NCBI GenBank assembly: GCA_964612745.1
Contig: CAZTCH010000006.1
Span: 5,477 to 69,476 of the forward strand
Source: an uncultured Candidatus Saccharibacteria bacterium
Lineage (GTDB): Bacteria > Patescibacteriota > Doudnabacteria > UBA920
DNA length: 64,000 bases
Reading direction: 5' to 3'
Below the pieces are notes generated by a model. The model saw only the letters and a list, made by a program, of their open reading frames with translations. It had not been told where the DNA came from and did not search any database. The number at the start of each line of letters is the position of its first letter. Position 1 is the stretch's first letter. The position numbers and the translations under genes were made by a program. Positions 17,908 through 27,300 of this stretch are shown one piece after another.

Positions 17908-18480
17908 ATGACTCGATCTATCACACTGGTAACAAAGAATCCTTTGAAAATAGAAGCCATGGAAAGAGCGCTCGTACCCTACAAGATTGCTCTGAACGTT
18001 GAAAATTTTTACGTTCCTGAAATACAGTCGGACACTTGTGAAGAGGTGGCTAAATTTAGCGCTCAGTATGCTGCAAATTATTCTGGAAAAGCAGTGGTAA
18101 AAGCAGACACTGGTTTTTATATTGATTCACTTGGCGGGTTGCCTGGAGTGTATACGAGCGAGTTTGAGAGAAAACTAAGCCCACAGAAACTCTTGAAGCT
18201 CATGCAAGACGAAACTACTAGGAGCGCCTCAGTTGTCTACGCTGTTGCATTCTGCCTACCTCAAGGTGAACCAGTGGTTTTTAGTAGCGGGTCAAGAGGA
18301 ATTATCGCTGAAGATGTTCAAGGCCAAGATGGAATGTTAATCGACTCAATATTTATTCCAGAAGGATTTACTAGAACCTTGGGTGAAATAAAATTGGAAA
18401 GCCAGGCTCAAGCAGATGCAGTGTGGGGAGACGCCGAAGAACAGTTTATAAAATGGTATATACAGACACAGCCAATCTAG
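17908..18480 (+). CDS. Ham1/ITPase-family non-canonical NTP pyrophosphatase.
   Basis: ITLVTKNPLKIEA (TGNxxK-like), KADTGFYIDSLGGLPGVYTSEF, and a C-terminal FIPEGF...GE segment match the Maf/Ham1 fold. Confidence 0.75.
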   Translation: MTRSITLVTKNPLKIEAMERALVPYKIALNVENFYVPEIQSDTCEEVAKFSAQYAANYSGKAVVKADTGFYIDSLGGLPGVYTSEFERKLSPQKLLKLMQDETTRSASVVYAVAFCLPQGEPVVFSSGSRGIIAEDVQGQDGMLIDSIFIPEGFTRTLGEIKLESQAQADAVWGDAEEQFIKWYIQTQPI

Positions 18481-18556
18481 TACCGCATCGGTATCGCCTT
18501 GTACTGACAATTATATTAAATTGAAAGGAGGGCAAGAGATACATCTCTATGCCCTC

Positions 18557-18928
18557 CTACTTCGGGAAGAAAAGTGCAATTTCTCTTTTCGCTTCCTCAA
18601 AGTTATCTGGTGAATGCATCACGTTGTGCGTAACGGATGCGCTATATTGTGTCCGCATAGCCTTTTTAACCGCCAACCCGGTGGCAACGGCGTTTGGACC
18701 TTGCCATACTTGAGCAATAATTGGTGCCGAAGTCTCGAAGGCTACATGCACCCAGAATTGCTCGTCATAGTACGGAAAATCTCGCCACCGAAGCATGAAG
18801 GCTTTGTCTAGCTGCATGCTTTTTTCGTATACAAGCGTTAGACCCGCTTGTCGCATGGCGGCCCCTATAACGGGTGTCAGCTCTAGGGTTATGGCATCGG
18901 GCTTAAGGAGCACAAGTGTTTGCTCCAT
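18557..18928 (-). CDS. ndk: Nucleoside diphosphate kinase.
   Basis: TLVLLKPDA and NVMHSPDNFEEAKREIALFF (catalytic His present), 123 aa. Confidence 0.88.
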   Translation of the reverse strand: MEQTLVLLKPDAITLELTPVIGAAMRQAGLTLVYEKSMQLDKAFMLRWRDFPYYDEQFWVHVAFETSAPIIAQVWQGPNAVATGLAVKKAMRTQYSASVTHNVMHSPDNFEEAKREIALFFPK

Positions 18929-19043
18929 CTTTTGCCTCCGTTTTTGTGTGGAAGTGAACTTTATATGCAGCCGTTACTGCATCTTGCCTGTGAGGGCAGA
19001 AAAGACTAATGGTCTGGCATATAAAGCCTGTAACTTATTTTAA

Positions 19044-19089
19044 GTTGCAGGAGCTATTGGTAAGTAATCTTCTAAACAGCTCCTGCAAC
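19044..19089. terminator. Long hairpin (12-bp stem GTTGCAGGAGCT/AGCTCCTGCAAC) downstream of ndk.
   Basis: The inverted repeat is visible. The loop is about 22 nt, so terminator function is uncertain. Confidence 0.45.
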
Positions 19090-19278
19090 TCAAAATATTT
19101 GCCATCTGTTGTTTATGTTGCCTGTTTCTGAGTTTTTGGTATTTTGACTACTATATCATAGAAACGACGAAAAACAAGGGTCGCATGAAAAATGCCGTAA
19201 AATGGCTCTAATTTGATTGTAAAATAGAAGAGTTCATCATATACTAAGACCAAGCTGTATTAGCTATATAAGTGACTT

Positions 19279-19866
19279 ATGACTATCGTTTTTGAAGGTC
19301 TTCCCGGGTCAGGCAAGACAACACTCGTAAATCATTTTGCGAGAATTTTTGAAGCCGAAGTAGTTCCGGAAATTATTGACTTGGGTGAATCTTGGAAGCG
19401 TGCGTGTGCCACGAATGACCAGAGCTTCTTTTGGCAAAATGATTTGCAAAAATCACTAATCGCTGCACAAGCCCCAAAACATGCTTTTCTAGATCGTGGA
19501 TACGTTACCACTCTCGCTTATAATTACTCAGGCTGGATTTTTAACCAGGAATCTGATTTTCCAAAATTACTTAATAACTATTTTACGGATATTGTTCCAA
19601 AAAATCTCCAACCAGACGCATATCTACTATTTTCAATGTCTACTAAGTTAAGCAATGAAAGAAAGAAGCGGGAAACCATTAAAGGCCACCCCATGCAGGA
19701 TGAGGATTTTCTTAAGAAGATACATTTTTTCTACCAATCTTTCCTATCAACATTTGAGCCGGATATACCTGTGTATCACGTAGACGCGAATGCTTCCCTT
19801 GAGACAGTCCAGGAAAATGTTAAGCACATTTTAACCAGAATCTTACAAGCGCATGGCAATAGCTAA
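19279..19866 (+). CDS. P-loop nucleoside/nucleotide kinase, thymidylate-kinase-like.
   Basis: A GLPGSGKTT P-loop and FLDRGYVTTLAYNYS, which resembles the Tmk DRYxxSxxAYQ motif. Confidence 0.7.
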   Translation: MTIVFEGLPGSGKTTLVNHFARIFEAEVVPEIIDLGESWKRACATNDQSFFWQNDLQKSLIAAQAPKHAFLDRGYVTTLAYNYSGWIFNQESDFPKLLNNYFTDIVPKNLQPDAYLLFSMSTKLSNERKKRETIKGHPMQDEDFLKKIHFFYQSFLSTFEPDIPVYHVDANASLETVQENVKHILTRILQAHGNS

Positions 19867-21190
19867 AAAAATGAAAACCGTTGCAGTGGTATACTTGTCT
19901 CACGATGGACTTGCGAGCCTGTACACAGGAGTCGGAACTTCTGGTCGAGATTTTTGTTTGGCATTTGAAACTATTCAGAAGAAATATAAAAAGAAAGGAT
20001 TGGCACTTACTCTATTCCCTGGAACAATTAGATACAAAAGCAGCTTTCACGGATATAGGGTAGACATTGAAAATGAGGTGTCCGCTATTTGTAAGCGCAG
20101 CGGCGGCAAAATGATTTGGATCGACAATGGTACGCACGGAACTGTTTCGTACGGAGGTCTGGCACAGTGGAAGAAGTGCTCTGCTAGTGCAGCAAAATAT
20201 ATACGAACCCTTTCAGAAAAGTATGACCATGTTATTGCGTTTGCCAATGACACCCCCTTCGCAGGGGTGGGCAGATTAGTTCAGTCACCAAATGTAAGCA
20301 CCGTCTGGGTACCCCATAGCACCGTTATGGTACATAAAGACTTTCGCCTTACCAAAAAAGATGGCAAGACTCAAGCATTTACGCAGAAGCGTTTTATGTG
20401 GGAGCGAGCAGCAATCCAGTGGGCCAATGAGAGCCGCAATAACTGGACTGGCTACACAAGTTTATTCATGAAGCGCCATCTTGTTTCAGCGTATCGAGCA
20501 GACCTATTAAAACTCATGGATACGCAAGTAGGTATATATTTCCCTAGACTTGCGAGTTATAGAACATCACAAACAGAAATAAAAAATAGGCTAACAAGCT
20601 TGGGAATCCCTACAAACAAAGAACTTATTACTACCTTTGCGAGGGCTGAAATGTACAAAGGAGTAGATCTAACACTGGCATTGGGTAAATACACCCATGA
20701 CAAGTATGGAACAACAACCGTGATATTAGTAATACCATACTCAAACAGAGACCCTTATATAAAAGAGATGCAGCAACTACGGGATCGAGTGGATAAAACT
20801 GCAATCCTGCTGTTCGGCCATGATTTCCTCACGCCTCACCTGCTGATGCAGTGGAAACACACCAAAATGGTAGCTGTGCTATCAAGGCAAGAGCCAGCCG
20901 GGCACGTCCCTAATGAATTCAGATACTACAGTAATCCAAACGCGCGACTACTAGTTTCTGACCGTGACGGCCTACCAGAAAGAGTTGCAGACGGTGCAGA
21001 CGGATTTATTACTAGCGTCAACAGCTTAGGGGACATTAAGAGGAAAGCTGACACTATTTTTGCTCTATCTTCTGTAAAATCAAAGTTAATTGCAAAACGT
21101 GGACGCCAGAGAGTCCTGCACGATTACTCCATAGTATCCAATATAGATCGGACACTTAAAAAGATTATGAGTTTATATAATTTAACCTAA
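19853..21190 (+). CDS. 445-aa protein, tentatively a GT-B-fold glycosyltransferase-like enzyme.
   Basis: The N-terminal VVYLSHDGLASLYTGVGTSG and the C-terminal ARLLVSDRDGLPERVADGADGFI resemble the GT4/GT-B donor-binding region. The match is weak. Confidence 0.5.
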   Translation: MAIAKKMKTVAVVYLSHDGLASLYTGVGTSGRDFCLAFETIQKKYKKKGLALTLFPGTIRYKSSFHGYRVDIENEVSAICKRSGGKMIWIDNGTHGTVSYGGLAQWKKCSASAAKYIRTLSEKYDHVIAFANDTPFAGVGRLVQSPNVSTVWVPHSTVMVHKDFRLTKKDGKTQAFTQKRFMWERAAIQWANESRNNWTGYTSLFMKRHLVSAYRADLLKLMDTQVGIYFPRLASYRTSQTEIKNRLTSLGIPTNKELITTFARAEMYKGVDLTLALGKYTHDKYGTTTVILVIPYSNRDPYIKEMQQLRDRVDKTAILLFGHDFLTPHLLMQWKHTKMVAVLSRQEPAGHVPNEFRYYSNPNARLLVSDRDGLPERVADGADGFITSVNSLGDIKRKADTIFALSSVKSKLIAKRGRQRVLHDYSIVSNIDRTLKKIMSLYNLT

Positions 21191-21196
21191 CAAACT

Positions 21197-21868
21197 ATGC
21201 CCATTATCGATTCCTTCACAAAAGAAATAGCCATTATAGAAACGCTCTTCGGAAAATCCTATGAAGATGCAGGTGGTGCCGGGTATCGGTACTATCATAG
21301 TATGAGAGTGGCGAAAACTTGCGAAAGTCTTGCTCAATACGAACAGGTAGAAAATCCAAGGCTCTTAGTATTGGCGGGGTTGTTCCATGACATTGGTAAA
21401 TCTGAGCGTATAGAACAAAATGGCTTCTTGGATGGCCGTCAGGAGGCCGACGTTCTGAAGGGAAATCACGAAGACTACACACTGGTGAAAGAACTGCTCC
21501 AGCGGTATTTAGTTGACCTTCAGCCTGATCAAGACTTAGACATTGTTGCTTCGTATATTGCCAAGAATGATACCAAGGAATCTAAGCTGCTTAAAGACGC
21601 AGATAACCTTGATGAAGTAGGCCTTGTAAACGTTTGGAAAATGTTTACATATGGAGGACTAAAGAAAATATCAATTAAAGATACGCTTGACTATTATTTT
21701 AAGGAAGATAAACCACGTTTACTTAAAAAAATTGATGCTCTCATGAATTTTGATATTTCAAAACAGATGGCGAGCGAGCGTGTGCAAAAAGTTGACGAGT
21801 TCTTGCGTAACTTGGACAAAGAATGTAAAGCAGAAGACATTTCCGTATTGAGGAATTCTTCTTTTTAG
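21197..21868 (+). CDS. HD-domain phosphohydrolase.
   Basis: H...HD metal-binding motifs (YHSMRVAKT and LFHDIGK). Confidence 0.8.
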   Translation: MPIIDSFTKEIAIIETLFGKSYEDAGGAGYRYYHSMRVAKTCESLAQYEQVENPRLLVLAGLFHDIGKSERIEQNGFLDGRQEADVLKGNHEDYTLVKELLQRYLVDLQPDQDLDIVASYIAKNDTKESKLLKDADNLDEVGLVNVWKMFTYGGLKKISIKDTLDYYFKEDKPRLLKKIDALMNFDISKQMASERVQKVDEFLRNLDKECKAEDISVLRNSSF

Positions 21869-21879
21869 TGTAACCACTT

Positions 21880-22653
21880 ATGCAGTATTCAAAGACAGTT
21901 ATCCCAATAGTCAGAGAGGTGCGAAAGTTACTTTTGCCATACTGGGGCACTGTAGACATTATTGCGCAAAAAGATGCATCGTCTCCTGTTAGTGTAGTAA
22001 CAAAGCTGGATTTTGCAGTAGAAAAACAGGTGGCGGAAAGACTTGCCCAAGTTTACCCTCATATCCCATTTATCGGTGAGGAGTACGGGGGAGATAGAGA
22101 AGCCTCAAGATTCTGGCTTATGGACCCCATAGACGGAACGAACCATTTTGTTCGAGGTTTACCATTTTGCACTTCCATGGTCGCCCTTGTTGAGGAAGGA
22201 CAAGTTATCTTTTCTGCTATTTATGATTTTGTAAATGATCACATGTACTGGGCAGAGCGAGGGTTCGGGGCATATTGCGAAACTGAACGCCTGAGTGTTA
22301 GCAAACGCCCTCTTTCTGAAGCCTACATTTGTTGGGAAAGTCGCATAGAGAATCCAGATAATTTAGCACTGTTTCTAAAATTATACGAGAAAGCTATTCT
22401 GCTCAAAACAGTTGCCTCCGGCTGGGAATACGCCATGATAGCCTCCGGTAAGCTTGATGCCCGCATTTGTTTCGACCCGTATAGTAAAGACTACGATTTT
22501 GCCGCTGGGTCACTTATGGTGTCTGAGGCGGGAGGGGTTGTGGCGAATATTGGGTCAAAGGAGTATGACCATAAAAATTTAAATTTTATTGCTGCAAATC
22601 CTATTATATATTCAGAGCTGACAGAAAAGGCTGACTCGTTGTTTCATAAATAA
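21880..22653 (+). CDS. Inositol-monophosphatase-family phosphatase (IMPase/CysQ-like).
   Basis: WLMDPIDGTNHF and WEYAMIASGKLDA motifs. Confidence 0.85.
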   Translation: MQYSKTVIPIVREVRKLLLPYWGTVDIIAQKDASSPVSVVTKLDFAVEKQVAERLAQVYPHIPFIGEEYGGDREASRFWLMDPIDGTNHFVRGLPFCTSMVALVEEGQVIFSAIYDFVNDHMYWAERGFGAYCETERLSVSKRPLSEAYICWESRIENPDNLALFLKLYEKAILLKTVASGWEYAMIASGKLDARICFDPYSKDYDFAAGSLMVSEAGGVVANIGSKEYDHKNLNFIAANPIIYSELTEKADSLFHK

Positions 22654-22750
22654 GATAAATTTACATAGCGATATTAAGAATTTGAGCCGATAAATTTAAT
22701 TCAAGGCTAATTTTCTTCCAATCTAGAGTTCTGAACTCGTCCACGATACG

Positions 22751-22796
22751 GAGCCAACAAAAAAGTAGTACTTCGGTACTACTTTTTTGTTGGCTC
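22751..22796. terminator. Strong hairpin (21-bp stem GAGCCAACAAAAAAGTAGTAC/GTACTACTTTTTTGTTGGCTC) after the IMPase gene.
   Basis: A perfect inverted repeat with a 4-nt loop. Confidence 0.7.
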
Positions 22797-22925
22797 TAGA
22801 AAGGGCTGGGGATCGAAGGGAGCGGTTCGCTACCAGCGAAATTTCATGCGAATGCTTGGAGTATGAAATAGTGGCGGGCCAGCGTTAGGTGTTTAAATAG
22901 AGGCGCCTGAAACCTTTTCTTTTTA
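22776..22925. repeat. Copy 1 of a tandemly duplicated intergenic element of about 110-130 bp (TTGGCTCTAGAA...GCGTTAGG...).
   Basis: About 85% identity to 23040-23150. Confidence 0.6.
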
Positions 22926-23039
22926 GCTTGAGCGGAGGAGGGCACCCAAGCAAAATAAATAGCACCACTCATGCGTGGTGCTATTTTATTTGATTAATAT
23001 TTCGTTTGAGGATTCAAATAAAGGTACCTGACACCTTTT

Positions 23040-23216
23040 TTCTTGGCTCTAGAAGGAGCTCAGGGATCGAAAAGAGCGTTCTGCTACCAGCAGAATTTCA
23101 TGCGAATACGTGGAGCATGAAATAGCGGCGGGGTCGCGTTAGGCGTTATTCGAAACGACCATGAGCCTGTCGAATGGGAGTTGAGAATAGCCGTGGGTGA
23201 CCGATCCTCAGCTCCC
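23040..23216. repeat. Copy 2 of the same intergenic element. It ends in a 16-nt near-copy of the tRNA-Asn 3' end.
   Basis: CGATCCTCAGCTCCC at 23202-23216 versus CGATCCCCAGCTCCC in the tRNA. The distal part (...TTCGAAACGACCATGAG...GAGAATAGCCGTGGG) recurs at 54715-54790. Confidence 0.6.
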
Positions 23217-23221
23217 ATAAT

Positions 23222-23557
23222 TTATTCTCCTAAAATATCTTTTAAGACATTGTCAAATCCGAAAAGTTTTGAACGGGCAATGGCAAATACTTCTTGTAGT
23301 TTATCTCCGTGAGTTATACTGAATCCTTCCTCGCCAATACGCATGAATTCACTATGGTCATCTCTATTAGGATAATAGTACAGCCAATGTGCTCCTTCTG
23401 AGTCTTTCAGAACAGACCAGAGGTATTTATCGTCGGGGTAAGTAAAGTAAAACTCTTCACTTCCGCTCGGGGCATCGTCTGATTTTCGTACTGATTGAAT
23501 TTTTTCTTGGTCTGAAACTATTTTTTCGACGAGTTGTTGAATTTTTAGATTATTCAT
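23222..23557 (-). CDS. Hypothetical protein (111 aa, acidic, soluble).
   Basis: An ORF with a 1-bp gap to the upstream ORF. No recognisable motif. Confidence 0.55.
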   Translation of the reverse strand: MNNLKIQQLVEKIVSDQEKIQSVRKSDDAPSGSEEFYFTYPDDKYLWSVLKDSEGAHWLYYYPNRDDHSEFMRIGEEGFSITHGDKLQEVFAIARSKLFGFDNVLKDILGE

Positions 23558-23558
23558 A

Positions 23559-24002
23559 TTACTTGCCTTTAGAATTATGGTTTTCTACCTCTAAGGTGGT
23601 TATGCTCTCCTTAATCTCGCTATATAAACTAATTTTGTCTGTTTCGTTAACCTGTTTACCTTCATCAATATCGGTCATCATGACGCGAACTCTTTTCATC
23701 ATATTGTCCCCGAAGTGTTTGCTTAAAGTGGGATTGCCTTTAATTTTTCCCAGGATATGAGCTAAAGCAGAACGAAATTTTTTTGATTTATCTTTATCGT
23801 CCTGACTGCTTTCATGTAGGGTTTCTATCCAATGTCTTAGGTCCGCCAAGGATGCTTGGAGAGAGTAACTTAGAAGAACTGCAAGTGCAGCCGATATTTT
23901 CTTACGTTGCGTAATGGCTACGATAATGGCTGCTACCCCCACCGTTATCTCTGTAATATTCGCTATAAATGAGATGCCTGCTTGAATAGTTTGGAAGGTC
24001 AT
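23559..24002 (-). CDS. Hypothetical membrane-anchored protein (147 aa, N-terminal TM helix).
   Basis: An ORF with a hydrophobic N-terminus, paired with 23222-23557. Confidence 0.55.
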   Translation of the reverse strand: MTFQTIQAGISFIANITEITVGVAAIIVAITQRKKISAALAVLLSYSLQASLADLRHWIETLHESSQDDKDKSKKFRSALAHILGKIKGNPTLSKHFGDNMMKRVRVMMTDIDEGKQVNETDKISLYSEIKESITTLEVENHNSKGK

Positions 24003-24329
24003 AATGGTCCACCCGGGCTGGATTGTTCAATCTAGCACCGTTAATCATGCAATACTTGTTATTTTACTCCCTAGTCTACTCATTTTAATCCTCCGTTGGT
24101 TTTCTGTCTATAAGTATGTTTTTGTGCATTAAAGGATTAATGGGAAGAAAGAGTTAGAAAAGGTCTTGGAGGATTATTTTAAACAGCACCCTTGGGGTAA
24201 GTAGATTTAAATAAGGGTGCCTGACACCTTTTCTTTCTATTTCATGTCTAGTTAAAATTGCCGAATTTAGCTTACGAGAAAATGAAAATGGTGGTAAAAT
24301 TATGATAAATCATCAGACCCTTTTTTGTT

Positions 24330-27300
24330 ATGACCCCTACGACAGCGCAATTTGATAGCAAAGTGCTCCGACGCTCCAAGAGCGAAAGCGACTTTAACTT
24401 GTATAGAGCTGCCTTAGAGTGGGGACTTATTGACCCTATTGTGATAGAAAGTTCGGAAGATTTAAAGTCGAAGTATAGGTGGGAAGATCGTGTAAGTCCA
24501 TACAAGCATCAGGTAACTAACCTGATTACTTTCTGTCGGAGGCTTCCTGTGAGTTTATTGGCAGATGATGTGGGCTTGGGTAAAACCATAAGTGCAGGGC
24601 TAATTGCAAGTGAACTTATTTCCCGAGGTCGTCTTACAAAGATATTAATAGTTTGTCCAAAAATCCTACGGGACCAGTGGCAAGAAGAGCTGCGTGTAAA
24701 ATTTGATATTCAATCCGTCATTGTCACAGGCCAAGAGTTAGTTAAAGTAAAGCCACCTGAAGAAGGTGGCGCAGTTATTACTACTTATAATACCGCCCGC
24801 TTGTATCTTGATAAGATAGAGAAGGTTGGGTACGAAATGTTAATCCTGGACGAAGCGCATAAGCTAAGGAATCTGTATGGGACTGACGCGGCACCAAAAG
24901 TCGCATTGAAATTTAAGAAAGCGTTAGCTGATAGATTATTTCAATATGTATTAATGTTAACCGCAACACCTATCCATAATAGGTTGTGGGATATTTATTC
25001 TTTGATAGATTTGTTGGCTGTCGCTCGAGGCCACGAAAACCCCTTTGGTCAGGAGGGGATATTTGCTCGTAAATATATAGAGGGAGATAAAATTCAGGCT
25101 CGCCGACTACGGCTAGAGGCTAAGGAGGAATTCCGAGACAATGTATACAGGTATATGTCTCGAATTAGACGCGGAGATACAGACTTAAGTTTTCCAGAAA
25201 GAGTTATTCAACTGCACCCAGTTGAACCATCAGCAGAAGAAGTAGAATTGCTGAATTTAATCCGAGAACCAATCAAGGAAGTTAATTTTCTTTCTCAAAT
25301 AACTATATTACAAACTTTTGTTAGCAGTCCTGAGGCTCTGTTGAGAGTCCTAGAAAATATGGCGCTAAACAAAACGTTGCCCAAATCCTTACAACTACAG
25401 GATGTCAAAGCAATTGTTTCAAGAATCAAAATTACAGCTAAGTTGAAAGGGCTGGGTATTTTGATAGAAAAACTTAGCCAAGAGAAACCGGAAGATTGGC
25501 GTGCAGTAATATTTACAACTCGAAGAGAAACTCAGACTACAATACAACACTTTCTTCAACAGAAGGGTATTTCTTGCGGTCTGATTAATGGTGACTCTGG
25601 ATCTAGAAACCAGGATACTATAGCGAATTTCACTGCTGATGTCCCCAAGATTCATGTAATAGTTTCTACAGAGGCAGGTTCTGAAGGTGTTAACTTACAA
25701 AAAGCCAACGTGCTGGTTAATTACGACTTACCGTGGAATCCCATGATCGTAGAGCAGCGTATTGGTCGCATTCAACGTCTTAGTTCTAAATTCGCTAAAG
25801 TATCAATCTTTAATATTATTTTAAAAGGTACTTTTGAAGAATACATTGTGGCAAGGTTGGTCGAAAAGTTGCAGATGGCTTCTAATGCAATAGGAGATAT
25901 TGAAGCATTATTGGAAGCATCTGGGATTGACGATGATGATAATGACTCCGATGGGTTTGCAGATAAAATAGGTAAATTAGTGCTAGCCTCATTGGCTGGT
26001 ATGGATGTCCAAGAGTCTACTTTACGAATAGAAAAAAGTATAGAAGACGCTAAGTTTAAGCTTGAACAAGAAAAACAGACTATAAATACTCTTTTGGGCA
26101 GTATGAATGGCGCCGAGGATATGGGCCCAAAGTGCCCTAAGCTACCTACCCAAGTTAGGTCTATTAATGTCCAATCTTTTGTGATGCAGGCACTTGAAAG
26201 CCTTGGAGTGCGTATAGAAGAGAAATCTGGTCAGCGTGTTGCTGTGTCGGAAAACCAACAAGAGGTAATTCGTTTCTCGGACGAAAAAGTCGATCCTGAT
26301 TTAATAAGTACTCTATACGCTCCTGGTACACCTGCATTTGAACGTTTAGTTTCTCGGGTTGCTGCCAGAGATTTACACTTAACTGAAGATGTAGATACAG
26401 ATATAATAAACTCCTTAAAGGAGATATCTTGTCAGTGGGCAGAAGGTTTCGAGGGAGAGATACAAGACTCCAGAATTACAGAAACTTGGCGGTGCTTTCA
26501 AGGCAGCGCGTTGGTGCGTGTCAGAGCAACAGTTGCATGCGATAGTTATGAAAGACTAATAGATATAGACTGTAGTCCGGAAGACCACTGTATGGAGACA
26601 GGGAAATATGGTCTAGACACGATTGGTGAAATAATCGACCAGCCCAGCAGTGTGGGTGTGGTAACCAAACACCTATATGAGAAGGCTCTTATGGATGAAG
26701 GTATATCAGAATTCAGTAGGTTCTATACAGAACGCCGTGCCCAAGAAATTAGCGCATCGGGTAGTGACGAAAGAAAACGAAAAAAAGTAGAAGATGACTT
26801 CACGCCTCGTCTAGATATAGTTCTCGTTGGGTTAAAAGGGACCGTTTATCGTAAGATAAAGACACTAGCTTCTTATAAATTAAGTGCTGACTTTGAATAC
26901 CAAAGTTCTCTCTTAATAACGCCTTACACAAATACGATAAATCAATCTCCGGATTTAGTGAGGTGCGATAAAACTGGCAGGATGGCACCACAAGACTGTA
27001 TTGCTAAATGTGAGATTAGTGGGTCTCGCGTATTGAGGCACCTCTTAGTGGCGTCTGAGTTAAGCGGTCGATTAGCTCTGCCAGAACATATCTTAATATG
27101 CAGTCTAAGTACTAAGCGTGTGCTAATTGACGAAGCCGACAAATCTTCAATTACAGGGAAGATGATAACAAAGAACTTACTCTATACATCAGCAGTAAGT
27201 GGTAAGACTGCGGAGCCAGAATTTTTTAGCAAGTGTGAATTTACTGACACGCATGCTTTGGAAGCTGAGTTGGAAATAAGTCAGGTTTCTGGAAAGAAGT

